DNA of 63,477 bases, counting the filler, from Folioceros fuciformis (taxonomy: Eukaryota): assembly GCA_049999805.1 (NCBI GenBank). It is 11 parts of 11 records of this genome, joined end to end, with 100 filler letters (N's around TTAATTAATTAA, not from the genome) between each part and the next. Parts side by side here need not be neighbours in the genome. Positions count along the whole stretch, not along the records: positions 1 to 5,322 come from JBNGIO010001778.1; positions 5,423 to 9,008 come from JBNGIO010001779.1; positions 9,109 to 15,100 come from JBNGIO010001780.1; 8 more parts are not named here. One strand, written 5' to 3'. Below, piece after piece: positions 1 to 12,280 of this stretch (the first letter of the stretch is position 1; every line of letters begins with the position of its first letter). Below the pieces are notes generated by a model. It was not told the origin of the DNA. It was given only the letters and a program-made list of their open reading frames with translations, and ran no database searches. The position numbers and the translations under genes were made by a program.

Positions 1-2012
1 CCGCCCGCCTGGCTCCAACTCCGACCAGCCCTGCCGCCCAGCCATCCCTATGCTGGCTCTGAGCTTTGCGCGCAAGTCCCGCAGCCTGTTTGGCTGTCTG
101 CCTGCTTGCCTCCTGATCCGGCAAGCCAGCCAGACGTCGAGTCGGCTGCTCCTGCTGCGCTTCGGGCTGCTTGGCTGCTGACGGGCCCGGCTACCTGCTG
201 TCCCTTGGGCCTGCAACCAGCCGACCCGTTGGATCCAGCCAGGACCCCAGCCCAGACCTGGACCCGGCCTGCTACACCTGTGGATCCCGAATAGGCCGCC
301 GCCAACGCGGCCTGCCTCAGCCCTGCTTCACACCTGCCTGGGCCTGCCATTGACTGCCCCGGCGACCTGCACAGGCCGCCGGGTCCACATCCTGCTCATC
401 CACATCCTTATTAGGAGATCTGTTAATAAGATGCACTGCAGTAAACACTGCTTCTACCCAAAATCCGTTAGGCAATCTAGAGTTTGACAATAAACTACGC
501 ATCCTCTCCTGGATGGTCCTATTCATCCGTTCAGCCACAACATTTGGGGGAGGAGTATACGGGGCAGTCAATTCTCCCTTAATTCCCTTGGAATCACAGA
601 ATGACTGGAAAGCCTTCGTTACGTTCTCTCCACCATTGTCTGTCCTTAGACACTTTAGTTGGAGGCCAGATTGATTCTCCACAAGGGTGACGAATTTCTG
701 AAACACTATTAGAACATCATCCTTTTAAACCAACACCTTGTGTGAGAAATCATCTATAAAAAGTGACAAAAAAGGATGCACCGCCTAATGATACAGTGGG
801 CATAGGTCCACACACGTCATCATGAACCAATTCAAGAGGTTTACTTTTGTATTTACCTCTTGCTCCATGTGGTGACTTCGTCTGTTTCCCATACAAACAG
901 TGCTCACACATAGAGAAATCGGAGAAGTCAAAAGCAAGGACGTAACCAAAACGAGATAAGATCTTCATTCCTTTTTGAGACATATGTCCTAACCGACAAT
1001 GCCACAAGGAAACATTTGGCTGTTCTGTTACACAAATCACATGATCCTTAATAGTGGTTACCTAAAGTAAGTGCAAAGTAGCACACTTCGCTCCACGAGC
1101 TAACATAAGAGAACCTTTCAAGATCTTCCAAGAATTATCCCCAAACCAACAGTGGTAGCCAACGTAATGCACCTGCCCTGCGCTAATCATGCTTTTTGTC
1201 AACTTCGGAACATGTCTAACATCCTTTAGTATGAATGAAGGTCCGTTGTCAAACCTCAGCTGCACATCACCAACGCCTGCAATCTCACATGCGTAGTTAT
1301 TTCCAAGCCGAACACATCCTTTCCTAGTAGCATCATAAGTGCTAAACCACTCCCTATGCGGAGTAACATGGAAAGATGCTCTAGAGTCAATTATCCAATT
1401 AAAGAATAAGTGACTATCCACGGCTGTCAATTGTACAGAATCGAAGGAAGAAGAGATAAAAGCATCTCCATCATCAACAGAATTCACTTCGTCAGACTTG
1501 ATACTTGGACTTGCCTTGTTGTTGTTCTGCTTCTTCTCCTTTCCTTTGTCCTTCTTGAACTTCTCGCAGTCCCTTCTGATGTGACCCTTTTTGTGACAAT
1601 AGTAACACTCAACATTTGTTACAACTACGAGATTTGCTACGGGAAAGACTTCACTCCTTGTACTTCCCCTTTGAAGTGGACCTTCCTCTCACCATGAGAG
1701 CATTGGAACCCGCGCTGGGGCAAGGCCTGGCGCCCCGTGCCCTGCGGCTGGCGTGCTCGGCGCCTCGCGCCCCCGGGGCCTAGTGGCGCCCTCCTCTGGA
1801 GCCTGGCACCCAGTTCCTTCTTGCTGCCTGGCTCCCACTCCCGCTCTGCACTTCCGCTGCTACGACCTGAGCACAGTGGACCTGGAGCCCCTGCACCCCG
1901 GGCAGAGGGTGGCTGCACACGGCCCCCTGAGATGCTTGTGGCCTTCACTTCGAAGCCTTGCGTACCTTGTCCGCAGCACTTACAGGCATCACCATCTTGC
2001 TCCACAACCTGG

Positions 2013-2024
2013 GCTTTGATACCA
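2013..2024 (-). promoter_or_regulatory. Primer-binding site (tRNA-iMet type) of the Copia element
   Basis: The plus strand GCTTTGATACCA reads TGGTATCAAAGC on minus, 2 nt from the CA end of the LTR. Confidence 0.85.
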
Positions 2025-2026
2025 GT

Positions 2027-2317
2027 TGAAGGATTGCTAGAGGAGCCACAGAGTGAAGGAGGAGAAGAGGAAGCAAGGAGGAGAGGAGAAAAAGAGGTCT
2101 CACACTCTCACAATGTCTCTATTGCAAGGGAGCTCAAGGGGGTATTTATACCCTTTAGAAGAGCTCCCAAGGAAGCTTCACAAGAAGTGCACAGGAAGCT
2201 GCGCAAGAAGCTTCCTACATATTAGCTTAAGCTAATCTAAACAAATGATACTTAACTAGACACTAATCTTAGACTAAACACATTAGTCTAAGCACATTGG
2301 GCTTTAATAACCCTACA
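2027..2317 (-). repeat. 5' LTR of the Copia element (family A)
   Basis: Reads TGTAGGG...CCTTCA on minus, contains a TATAAATA box and abuts the PBS. A related copy lies at 55925-56212. Confidence 0.8.
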
Positions 2318-4900
2318 CTTCCTTCCCACGTAAAGGTATAGCGCGCTCCAAACATCCATGCCCGGCCAATCAACACATAATACCTAGGAGCTTTTTGTTT
2401 GATGACCACAGAGTCCATGAGGTATGGAATGGTACAAATATGGGTCAGCACTCCAGTTATCTCTCCTACAGGTGCTATCCTAGACATGTCCGCGACTCGC
2501 AGCACCTTAGCTGTGTGTTTCATCTCCAGCCCCAGCTTCCGAGCTGTGTCCTCCATCATGATGTTGACCTAAGAACTAGTATTCAAAGGTACCTTCTTGA
2601 TTACACACCCTGAGATCTCTATCTGCAACTCTGTAGAACCTTGATCAGCCATGGCCACTAGGTTCACAACAAGTGGCTTCTATTTTGGCTTGGGGAGACT
2701 CCGCTTCTTCTTGGGCTGGGCTGCCTTCAATGCTTTTTGAATTTGCTGGCGGTATCGCGGATTGTCTCTGAGAAGCTGTCCAAATCTTATCATGAACTTC
2801 TAGTCCATGATAGCCTCCGCCAGATTGAAGGTCTCATCTACCCGTGCTCTCCCCTTCTCAAGGCTTGCACTAGCCCGCGTTTCAGCAACCGCGGTAGCTC
2901 CTTCAGGTGCAGTGGTTGTGGAATCAGGATGACCAGTAACTGGTACAGATAGAATAGTTGGGGTCTGCTCTAGTTCCTCTCGGATCATCCATCACTTTCT
3001 TTCAAACATATGGCGAAAACCCTAACTCATCCATATTTTTATTCTGAGGGTTTTTTGCCAAATCTCGCGACTCCGTTTTTGCTCCATCTGGACTTCATTG
3101 TTTTTGCACATCGCCATTGGCATTTGCTGCGATGCTCGTGCCTCGCTTCTCATCCTCCAGATCCGCACGATCGCTCAGTGGACCGCTTGGCTTGGTCGCT
3201 CCACTTTTCTTCAGCTGTTCAACCTCCCGTCCTTCACTGCTGTATGAAGTCGAAGCGTCCTCATCTCCAGATGTGTCGGGAACTATCGTCCAGCCCTTCT
3301 TCTCTTTCTTCCCTCGCTCTCCCCTCTTGAGGGCGTCTGCCTTTCGGTTGGTGTCCCGCGTCTCACTTCGCGTTGGAACAGCCATAGTGGGTGTCTCCTC
3401 ATAGTACCCACTGTCCAGGTCCTCCAAGCCCTCCAGACTCATCAACATGTTGGCTTCAGCGTCCTCCCACACGGCCATGAGCGCATCTTCGACGTGCATT
3501 GCTGGTGCTGGATTTTGTCCCATAGGTGGTTGGGTTTCTGTGACTGGAGGTTGAGCAATTCTCACATGCTTCTTTGGTGACTGGCAAAGAACACTGCCTG
3601 CCACGTGCCTTGGTTGCTTGCAGTCCACACATAGCCTCACAAAATCGCCGCTCCCTTGACGAGTTGTTGAAGGACAACTACTTGCGAGATGCCCAAATCC
3701 TCGGCAGTTGTAGCACTGGATAGCATTCAGCTATCCGGGGTTCCTTACCATCTGATTTTGCATACCCATGCCAACAAGATTTCATAGATTCGGGGGGTAT
3801 GGAGTCTTTGGGTACCCAAAATTTGGCATTGCCTCTTGAATTTGGTATGTGTCTTCCAGGTACATCTCTTCCTCCCCTTCCTCGTAGTCCAGCAGTTGCA
3901 CCTTCATCTACGGGTAGTTTGATTTCGAGTGCCCCTAGTGCTCGCAAGTTGAACAAAAAAGATTCGCCTGTGCACTCATAGTAACTCTTGGCCTCTCGTG
4001 GTCCTGCACAACATTGATATGTAGCTTCTCCAATTTGGCCATCATCTCTGCCATCTTGTTCCCTTGGTGTTCCACTTTCTTGGCTGATGTCTCTACTTCC
4101 TTTCTCGCATGCTCGGCGTCCTTTCTTGCGCTTACGACCTCCTGCTTTGCCTTCACCAACTCCTTCCCTCGAGTATGGTGCTTTTGTTCCGATTCGATTT
4201 TCGATCTCTTCTTTTCACTCTCTGGCTGCGCTCATCACCCAACGAATTTTCCTTCGAGCTGTTGTTGGTCTCTTCCATGAAGCTATCCAAGGAGTCCTTG
4301 GAAGAGCTTCCATCCTCCGTCGAATTGTCATCGGAGGATGAGGGGTACTTCTTCTTCTTCTTGGATTTCTTCTTGTCTCTCCATGCCTTCCTCTCGTCCT
4401 TCTTTGACTTCTTTCTGTCTTCCACATTGGACTCTTTATAGTTTAGGGCAGCCCTAATTGCTCGGTCCAAATCCTTCTCTGCTTGGAGTCGTATGTGCTT
4501 TCCCATTGCAGTGCCTAGGCCTCTAGCAAACCAATGTATTGCCATGAGCTTTGAATGAGGGCCAACATGATCACGCAAGCTGTGGAATCTTTCCACATAA
4601 GCCTACAGCGTCTCCCTTTGCTTCCTCCGTAATCTCTTGAGCTTGGACAGGACGTATCCCTCAACATCCACTTCTCGAAACCTCTTGCAGAAAGTTATCT
4701 TCAATGCCTCAAAGGTGGATGGAGGTGTGGCCGACTTGAGGTACTCCTGCTTGTACCACTTGGCTGCAGTTCCGCGCAAGACTCTGTAGAACAGCCAAAC
4801 ACGTCGCGCATCCCCTACCTCCTGGTTGGCAATTGTTAGCTGCTTAAAACACTCGACAAAGTCGTCAGGATCCTCGTAACCTTTCTTTTCCCCATACAGT
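2318..4900 (-). mobile_element. Degenerate Ty3/Gypsy gag-protease region, interrupted at 2317/2318 by the Copia LTR
   Basis: Gag-like segment around 4450-4900, zinc knuckles (CYNCRGFGHLAS near 3700 and CVDCKQPRH near 3630) and a retropepsin-like segment (MMEDTARKLGL...YYVLIGRAWM). The protease frame runs into the LTR at FTWEG|. Confidence 0.75.
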
Positions 4901-5322
4901 GGGTAAAGCTACTTAGTTAGTGGTTATAGCTACTGGAGTAGTGGTCAAAACTATCGTGACAGTATTTACAGGGACTATAGTAGTAGATGCAACTACCTCG
5001 TTAGGACTTACTACTATGCCCACAAAATTTGACTCGACTAAAGTTGAGCGAGGCAATCTGGAATGGAGATCAACTAACGGGATCGGATTGAGGTACTTGG
5101 GCCCAGATACCTCCTCCAAACCCGAGAGTTGCAAATCTAACTCAAATGAAACTTGACCTTCAGTTCCAAGCTGATTCCTCGTTTCTCTTCCTCGTCCAAG
5201 TGAACGATCTGATGACTATGAACTCCTTGTTGAGGTGTGCGTTGGAGTGATTTTTTGTTTTTTTTTGTTAAATCTAGTGTGAAATAGAGTCAGGGTGTGA
5301 GTAGGCGGAGGTATTTATACTT

Positions 5323-5422
5323 NNNNNNNNNNNNNNNNNNNNNNNNNNNNNNNNNNNNNNNNNNNNTTAATTAATTAANNNNNNNNNNNNNNNNNNNNNN
5401 NNNNNNNNNNNNNNNNNNNNNN
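5323..5422. other. Artificial contig linker N44-TTAATTAATTAA-N44 (others at 9009, 15101, 18392, 25896, 37661, 51319, 52928, 56213, 61772)
   Basis: The same 100-nt spacer occurs ten times. TTAATTAATTAA places stops in all six frames. Confidence 0.98.
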
Positions 5423-5907
5423 TGTTTGGTTTTGGCCTTCAAAGTCGTGTAGGCGCCAAAGGGGACGCACAACCTGTGTTTGTAAAAAATCCTAGAGAGA
5501 GGGGGCGTGTCCCCTTTGGTATACACGCCCCCTCTGGTATGCCATAAAGAGACATTACTCTACTAATCACTCCCACTATGTGTTTGGTTTCTGTGCATGT
5601 TGACAAGATCTCTACCCCATTTTTATTTTCAGCACTTGGACAAACCTTGATAAACCAAGGTCACGTGTTTGTATGTACATGTACGGGTCGTGAGTGACGA
5701 CTAGCAAGCACAAATCGGAAATTCACTGTCAACACTTCCACATCGCTCGAAAGTCTATAAACAGAAACGGAGGAGATGCGGCTCCTCTACCTTCTGAGGC
5801 AGAAAGAGAGCAGCATCAGCTGCTGACAAAACCCCTGATTGATCACCACTGATACACGCAAATCATTCATGGCATTCGAGGGTCATAGCTCATTGCATGC
5901 AAATCCA

Positions 5908-6804
5908 TCAGTGCCAGTGATGGGTGACAACCCACTTGGTGCGAAATTTCCAATGGGAAAGCCTATAAACCCCGTCAGTGGTGACAAGAATTCTGGAGGA
6001 GAACCCGACATACGACCTCTCATTCACGTAATCCGACAGCTTCAAACCGGAGTATTGTAGGTACAGCTTCGCCTTCTTCTTATCGGGCTTCCCGTTAGCA
6101 GAGATGTTTTGAAACTTCACAGACAGATACGCCTTCCTGGCATCGTGATCGATGAACACCCCAATCTTCCGATCAATGAAGCTCAACCCGTGCCACAGGA
6201 AGCTGTCCACAACGGACTCTACGTTGTTGATGTCCAGTCCAACGTGTGGAATCTGCCGAGCCCAGGTCTCTTTCGCCACGCGGGACGTGTCGATCTCCAT
6301 GGCCACGGTCTTCGTCTTCTTCCCGCGCACCGACTTGCCCATCGCGGGATCGATCTCAAACAAGTCGAGACTCTCAAGCCCGCTGTTCCCCACGTTTTGG
6401 TTGGGGGTAATGGCAAAAGTGAACCCCCCACCGAACAGCATCCGCATGGTCCATTCGCTGTCGCGGTCGAAGTTTATCACGTACTCCGTGGAGAAAGAGG
6501 CCGCGAACCTACTCTTGTTCATGTATAGCCGCACCTTCTTGTTATACGAGTAGCGCACGGAAAACACTTCGGAGAACAAGATTTCGCCGGGTGGGTTGGA
6601 CGGAGAGCACAATGGGGTCACTGCGGGGCCTGCGTTGAAGCTGCAGTTCAGCGCGGAGCTGAAGGATGGGTAGGAGAGACTCACTCCCTTGGGCAAGCCG
6701 AGTCCCTTCCGATGCCGTCTGCTAGCCGCGGTCCCAATGCCGCTGCTTCCAACCACAAGCTACGCCACAAGGGCCAGTTGCACGGTGAGCCACACCGCCT
6801 TCAT
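5908..6804 (-). pseudogene. Intronless legume-type (L-type) lectin domain gene with an in-frame TAG in the predicted signal peptide
   Basis: Motifs GFTFAITP, VAMEIDT, HVGLDIN, YVGFSS and SHWKF. From ATG 6804 it reads MKAVWLTVQLALVA*LVVGSSG, with TAG at 6762-6760; the frame then stays open to the stop at 5908. Confidence 0.75.
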
Positions 6805-7074
6805 TGTCTTCCTCGTCACTACCACAACCCACAGCAGATTGAGGCTTGGCAATGGTGTCAAGAATTCCTACCTAGGTGAGAAGGAAGGAGGATGGATGAG
6901 AGCTTACTTGCATGTCAACGTTAAGCGACAACGATTAGCTTTTACGGCAATGCCCGTGGAGAGCTGGTGAGTGGCTCCAAAATGCTACAAATTGATGTTT
7001 TACTTGAGGTCTAGGCTTATTTTGAAGGCACGTCTTAATTGTTAACATTCTATACACCCTAGAAACTAGCTAGA

Positions 7075-7226
7075 TAGCTTGTCGCCGGGTGTTCTCAAGT
7101 GCATGTTGTGAGCTAGCTATCTAGTTGGCTAGCTTATCGCCATGTGTTCTCAAGTGCATGTTGTGAGCTAGCTATCTAGTTGGCTAGCTTGTTGCCGTAC
7201 GTTGTCAAGTGCATATGTTGAGCTAG
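7075..7226. repeat. Tandem repeat, 55-bp unit, ~2.8 copies
   Basis: TAGCTT.TCGCC...TCAAGTGCATGTTGTGAGCTAG units start at 7075, 7130 and 7185. Confidence 0.85.
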
Positions 7227-7559
7227 TTTGTGCGTTGTTCCTTTAAAACAAGGTTCATGTTCCAGAACCAAGGGGATGTTCCTAACCAAATTGCAGGAGA
7301 TGAAGCTGAGGAGCAAATTTTCAAGCGAGGGAAAGGAATCACACTATGAGCCCCATTGGGCATAGAAGTGGAACGCAAAAATGGGGCATTGCACTCGGAG
7401 TAGAAGAGGCTCAAGTCGCTCAAGGTAATTCCGCATATGATTTTGACTTCTATTAGTTATGGAGCCAAAGATCTCCAAGAGAATGAAGCGACTAGACAAA
7501 AGAGCGCCCAAAAGAGCTCAATGCGAACCCAAATAGGATGCTAGCCTATCCATTGCTGA

Positions 7560-8482
7560 TTGGCGTCCTATCACCCTGCTTACCACAACTTACAAAGTGA
7601 TTGCTAAAGTTTTAGCGAACAGGCTCGAGCCCTTCCTAGATGAATGGCTAGAGGCGGAGCAACGGGGTTTCATCCAAAATAGGTGTATTCTAGACAACCT
7701 ATTGCTTTTGCGTGAGGCTAAGTATAACGCTCTATCTCATCACAAACCATTAGTGTTCCTTTCCTAAATTTAAGGCTTATGACTCTGTCGAATGGCACTT
7801 CCTTTGGGGATGTATGCGAAGCTTTGGGTTTGGTAACAACTTCTGCAGGTGGATCTCAATTCTCTGTGAGGATGCAGGCGCAATGGTCTCTGTCAACAAC
7901 TCTTTTACCGATAGGTTTGATATCACGCATTCGGTACGCCAAGAATGCCTGCTGGCGCCATTCCTTTTCATCATTGTCATTGACTTCCTCTTGCGAGCAG
8001 TCAAGCAAGACCCAAGGATAGAAGGTATTCAGAATCCCGATGGCTCGCAGCTATGTATCTCAGCATTTGCCGACGACACCATGGTATTCTCATCGACAAA
8101 TACGACTTCCTTAACAGCCATGCTCTCTCAGGTACAAATTTTTGGGCAGCTATCAGGATGCAAAGTGAATTGGAGTAAGACTAGGATGATGTGTATTAAC
8201 CTACAAGGGGAGCCACCCGCCTGCATCCGGCACATAGTGCGGGTCCAGCCCGGTTCGTCACTCAAGTACCTGGGCTTGCCGTTCCAGGAAGAGGATGAGA
8301 ATAAGGAGATTGGTAAATTTGTCTGCCTCCGGTTTATCCGGAAGGCAACCAGCTTACGTCTCTTGGATCTTAGTCTAGCAAGCAGAATTGTGGTCATTAA
8401 CCATATTTTGACCGCTTCCCTGTGGTATTACTTGTTCATGTGGGCTCTTAGCAAGGTGGATTTGAGGATGTTAGAGAAATAA
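7560..8482 (+). mobile_element. L1-type LINE reverse transcriptase fragment
   Basis: WRPITLLTTTYKVIAKVLANRL, QRGFIQNRCILDN, SVRQECLLAPFLF, SAFADDT and LKYLGLP, with stops and frameshifts. Confidence 0.92.
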
Positions 8483-9664
8483 CCATTGAGGGTTAATTCA
8501 TCCTAGCTACTTTAGGGTTACAACTATTATTTGTATATAACTCTTTTTGCTCCATTATTGAAGATGCTTTCTGCCTTTATCACCAACTACTTGCCTTTGC
8601 ATGTTAGCTTGCTTAGCTAGGTGCATGAGGCCTATTATTTACATGGTCTCAGAGCCTAATGCCTGATCTTCGTTGCTTGTGCAATGCCTCGTAGAAGGGA
8701 ATCCCATATATTTCCTGAGGTGTGAGGTGCATTTCGTGAGGTGTTTCCATACAATCACAAAGGAGCGCAATGGATTCTCCCAACACACAACGGACCTTGG
8801 AATCAATATCTTGATGAGTATCGTACCCAAATCCGTGCGCATTGGAAGAGGCAAGCACAAGAACAAAGACAGTATTGCAATCAACTGAGAGATTGCAAGG
8901 GGGAGTCATCATACTATCATCTTGGTCAAAATTCTAGACTACAATCGAATTCTAGACTTCAGAGAACTCGAAGGGATTCATCCATTTATGACACTTTGCA
9001 AAATTCCANNNNNNNNNNNNNNNNNNNNNNNNNNNNNNNNNNNNNNNNNNNNTTAATTAATTAANNNNNNNNNNNNNNNNNNNNNNNNNNNNNNNNNNNN
9101 NNNNNNNNCCGTACCCTAGCTAGGGCAGGGGTTGCGGCCACCCCCATCCCCTTCCCCTTTCTCCCTTTCTCCCTTCCTCCTTCATTTTCCTCTTGCCCCC
9201 TCTTCTTCTTATTCCCCTTCCCTCTCCATCTCTTTGTCCTGCTTCTTTTGATTCACGTTGCAGGTAGGAGGAGGGATCGCCAGTGATGGGACTGAATGTG
9301 TGCACAAGAGGAGGTTGAGGCGAGCTGGAGGATTTGGCCGATGCAAGGTCAAGCCTGCCTTCTTCTTCCTCCCGTTGATTTCTTGCCCCGTTCCTCTTTT
9401 GCCTTGTCCCGATTTCCTCCCCAATCCGCAATCCCATTGCTGGATCTGCCACCCCCGTTGCTGTCTTGATCCTCACTGCCCGGTGGTTGGGCGATTTGCT
9501 GTTTCCCCCCCATCGCAGCGCAGCGATCCCCCACGCTAGGCGCCGCTGTCCAGCCTTCTCCTCTCCAGCCTTGGTGGCTGGCTCAGCCACCAAGGGTGAA
9601 CAGTTGCAGGGGAAAACTTAGCGGGCAGCCATCCAGCAAGGAAAAGGCGGCGTCCGCAGATCTT

Positions 9665-10400
9665 TGAAGATCAGACATCCTCCGAAGTCTTAGGATAGTC
9701 TAAGAGGTGGTAGATCCTTGTGGTGGTAGGGCCAGCTCATTGGTGGCAGGATGTGCTAGAAGTCTAAATAAGTGGCTGGTGACAGCCAACTAGGCTAGTG
9801 GTCCTATTAAAATAATATTTGTCAAGTTAGAGAGAGGTGAAGTCAAAGAGAGAGAGAGGCTCCTATAAGATCAGGTGAGCCTGTAGGAGGAGGTAGTAAT
9901 TCACTTTGGGAGTCAGTCTGTCACTTCGTGAGCTCTTGGAGGTACTCTCTTCACGAGCTCTTGTGGTCTGTCCCTGCTTGGTTTAGGACCTGCATTGTGT
10001 TGCCAGTTGTGCAACGTCTAGTAGGATCATTAGGTGTAATGACCAGGGTGAAGGGGCTTGCTCCTAGCTCTTGATTGTAAAGGATGTGTCTTTCTCTCGA
10101 CCTGTCCACTCTTGTTCCCTGTTTGGACAAGTGCTGTAGGCCGGCCATGTTTCATGGCGTCTGGTAAGGTTGTGAGGAGGAGATATCCGAGAGGGGAGTG
10201 TGTTCCCTTCTTTCTTTTCTTTGGGGTTAGTCTAGTGACTCTTGCCGGGTAGGAGGAGTCAGTAGGGAAGTGTAGAAGGTAGTGGTGTCGTTGTTGGTGT
10301 TGGTACTGGAGCGAGAGAGTGAGTGAAGTGAGTGAGGGAAGTCGTAGGTCTGAGAGGTTAGGGTCGTTGTAGTGACTGGAGTAAGTTTGTGGGCACCAAG
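9665..10400 (+). repeat. LTR family B copy, 3'-truncated
   Basis: Close reverse-complement match to 14340-15100 and to part of 55298-55924. Probable TG start near 9665 and a TATA-like CTATAAGA near 9863. Confidence 0.8.
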
Positions 10401-11940
10401 TTTGTAGTTAGGTCTGGTCTAGATGACCTTAACCAACGTGGTCACTATTACTAACTACGGTCGCAATTCCGATGACGGCTGGAACACGAATTCCAATGCA
10501 TTGCATAAGTGAAGCTCAGATCATTGGTAGAACCAACTCAAAATTCCGCTCAACAAGCCACGATGTGGAGGGAGACATTTGTGGATTAATCAGGACAAAC
10601 CAATTGCAGAACATGGGAAGACAGCTGGATCTAATGCAAAAATCCAAAATGAGGGATCTATTGGAACCTCCAATTGTGGTGGCAACGCTGGTGTTGGTTT
10701 CAGTTGACGGTGGCAGGGTGAGCGATCGAGGTCAACACAAGAATCTAGTGGAAGGATTTCTCAAGGGGCTGGCCTTGGGTTCCTCGTACCAAAATGTGGG
10801 TGACGGAGTGGACTTCTTGCTGAAGAATCCACCTTCCATTAAAGTCTCGGTGTGCGCCAAGAGTCTGAAGTAAGTAAGTGTGTTAGGGGTGGTGTGATTT
10901 TAACAAGGTCTCAGCGTGGTGCATGGTGATTTAGATACTAGATATTTTGGTAGCTAGTTGTATAGGTTCTGAAAGGACACCAAATGTCGTAAGAAGTAGG
11001 GCCACCGTCCATAAAATGCTCCTAGCCGAAGTTAGACAAGACCACTTGTGGAGTGAAATGTTGTGTTCGGAGACACCACGAGGTCCACACTTACCCTCTA
11101 TGTCATTGCAGCCATGGGATTTGCTTCCAAGGGAACGATTTGTGCCAAGTAACACAGGCTTCTTCTACTACCGGCTCTTGACTAAGTTGGGTTCTACTTC
11201 TTACTGTCACTGCTACCTACTAGTTCAGCTACTTTAGTTTCCGGGTGGTCCAACTACCTCGGATCCTATTTGACAACCCTAGTTCCTACTCCGCAACCGT
11301 AGCTTAGGTCTCCTCTACCAATAGTGACCCCCATAATCGTTGCAGGTCCCACTCAAAGTCCTAACTAATAGGTTTTGGTGCCCCTATCGCTGCGGGTTTC
11401 TACCCCGGGCGCTTGTTCCCAAGCTTCCAAACTCACGAATCTAGTCTTGTTGGTCGCTATTCACACACGTTGTGACCGGCTTCAGGCCAACCGATCACCG
11501 CGTGTCAACCAGACTTCCTCGCAGTTGCGAGTATTAACCACACACACACATCCACACACATAGTTTTGTTGCACACTCGTTCCCCAAGGTCAGATCCAAG
11601 TACTCTCCTTTCCCCATGTGACAATCACAAACCCTCCACAATCTCTCAGCCTACTTCACACCATCGCCCCTCACCCCTCACAATCACCAGTGGGTCCTCG
11701 CAAACAACTTGATTCACTTACGAAACCTTCAGCCACCTAGCACTCCACAGCTCACGTAATTCTCCAGTTAGTTCAATCAGCTCTTTGCCTTAGTTTCAAA
11801 TCTCCTACCACATGCCTCGCGCCGCGTTTGGGCGTCGGCCACACTTTTCTCTCTTCCCTCCTTCTCCTCTCAACTTCTCCTTCTCCTCTTGCTCGTCTCA
11901 CTCACTCACTAATGTGGTTTTCGGAATGTAGCAAATGTCT

Positions 11941-12280
11941 TGGGGAATAGGGAGGGAAGGACCCTCCCGTGCCGTGGTTCTTGCGGATTTGTCCCCCTCA
12001 CCACTCACCATGGGGCAGTGGCCGACTTCTTTCAAGAGCTTCTCGCACACACAACCCTCCTCGGCAGCACGGGGATCTCAACCGGAAGGCAAACCTGCAC
12101 ACGTACTAAAATTTGAGCATGGTAGACTATTCGGGGAATAGGGAAGGAAAGAAATCCCTTCGTGCCGCAGTTTGTGCGGATTCGTCCCCCTCACCACCGG
12201 CCGCAGAGCAATGCCTCACGACTCTCCCTAAGAGCTTCTTGCGCACACTACCCTCCTTGGCAGCGCGGGGATCTCGACCT
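11941..12280. repeat. Diverged direct repeat pair (~145 bp units, period ~190 bp)
   Basis: GGGGAATAGGGA...CGTGCCG...TGCGGATT.GTCCCCCTCACCA...AAGAGCTTCT...GGCAGC.CGGGGATCTC at 11941-12083 and 12131-12280. Confidence 0.8.

Larger units (their letters stand above)
317..2317 (-). mobile_element. Degenerate Ty1/Copia LTR retrotransposon, 5' part (LTR, PBS, partial gag zinc knuckle, protease, GAG-pre-integrase, integrase core)
   Basis: Fragmented minus-strand ORFs: WIIDSRASFHVTP (protease), LWHCRLGH...CEHC (pre-integrase), LRTDNGGE...AERMNRTI (rve). PBS and LTR lie at 2013-2317. Multiple stops and frameshifts. Confidence 0.93.

Noticed and set aside
6760-6762. Rescue of the lectin TAG, or the ubiquitin TAA, by U-to-C editing
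   Set aside because: Plant U-to-C editing is known only in organellar transcripts, and these are nuclear sequences.
8639-9008. Short ORFs after the LINE fragment
   Set aside because: No motif could be assigned with confidence; probably degraded TE sequence.
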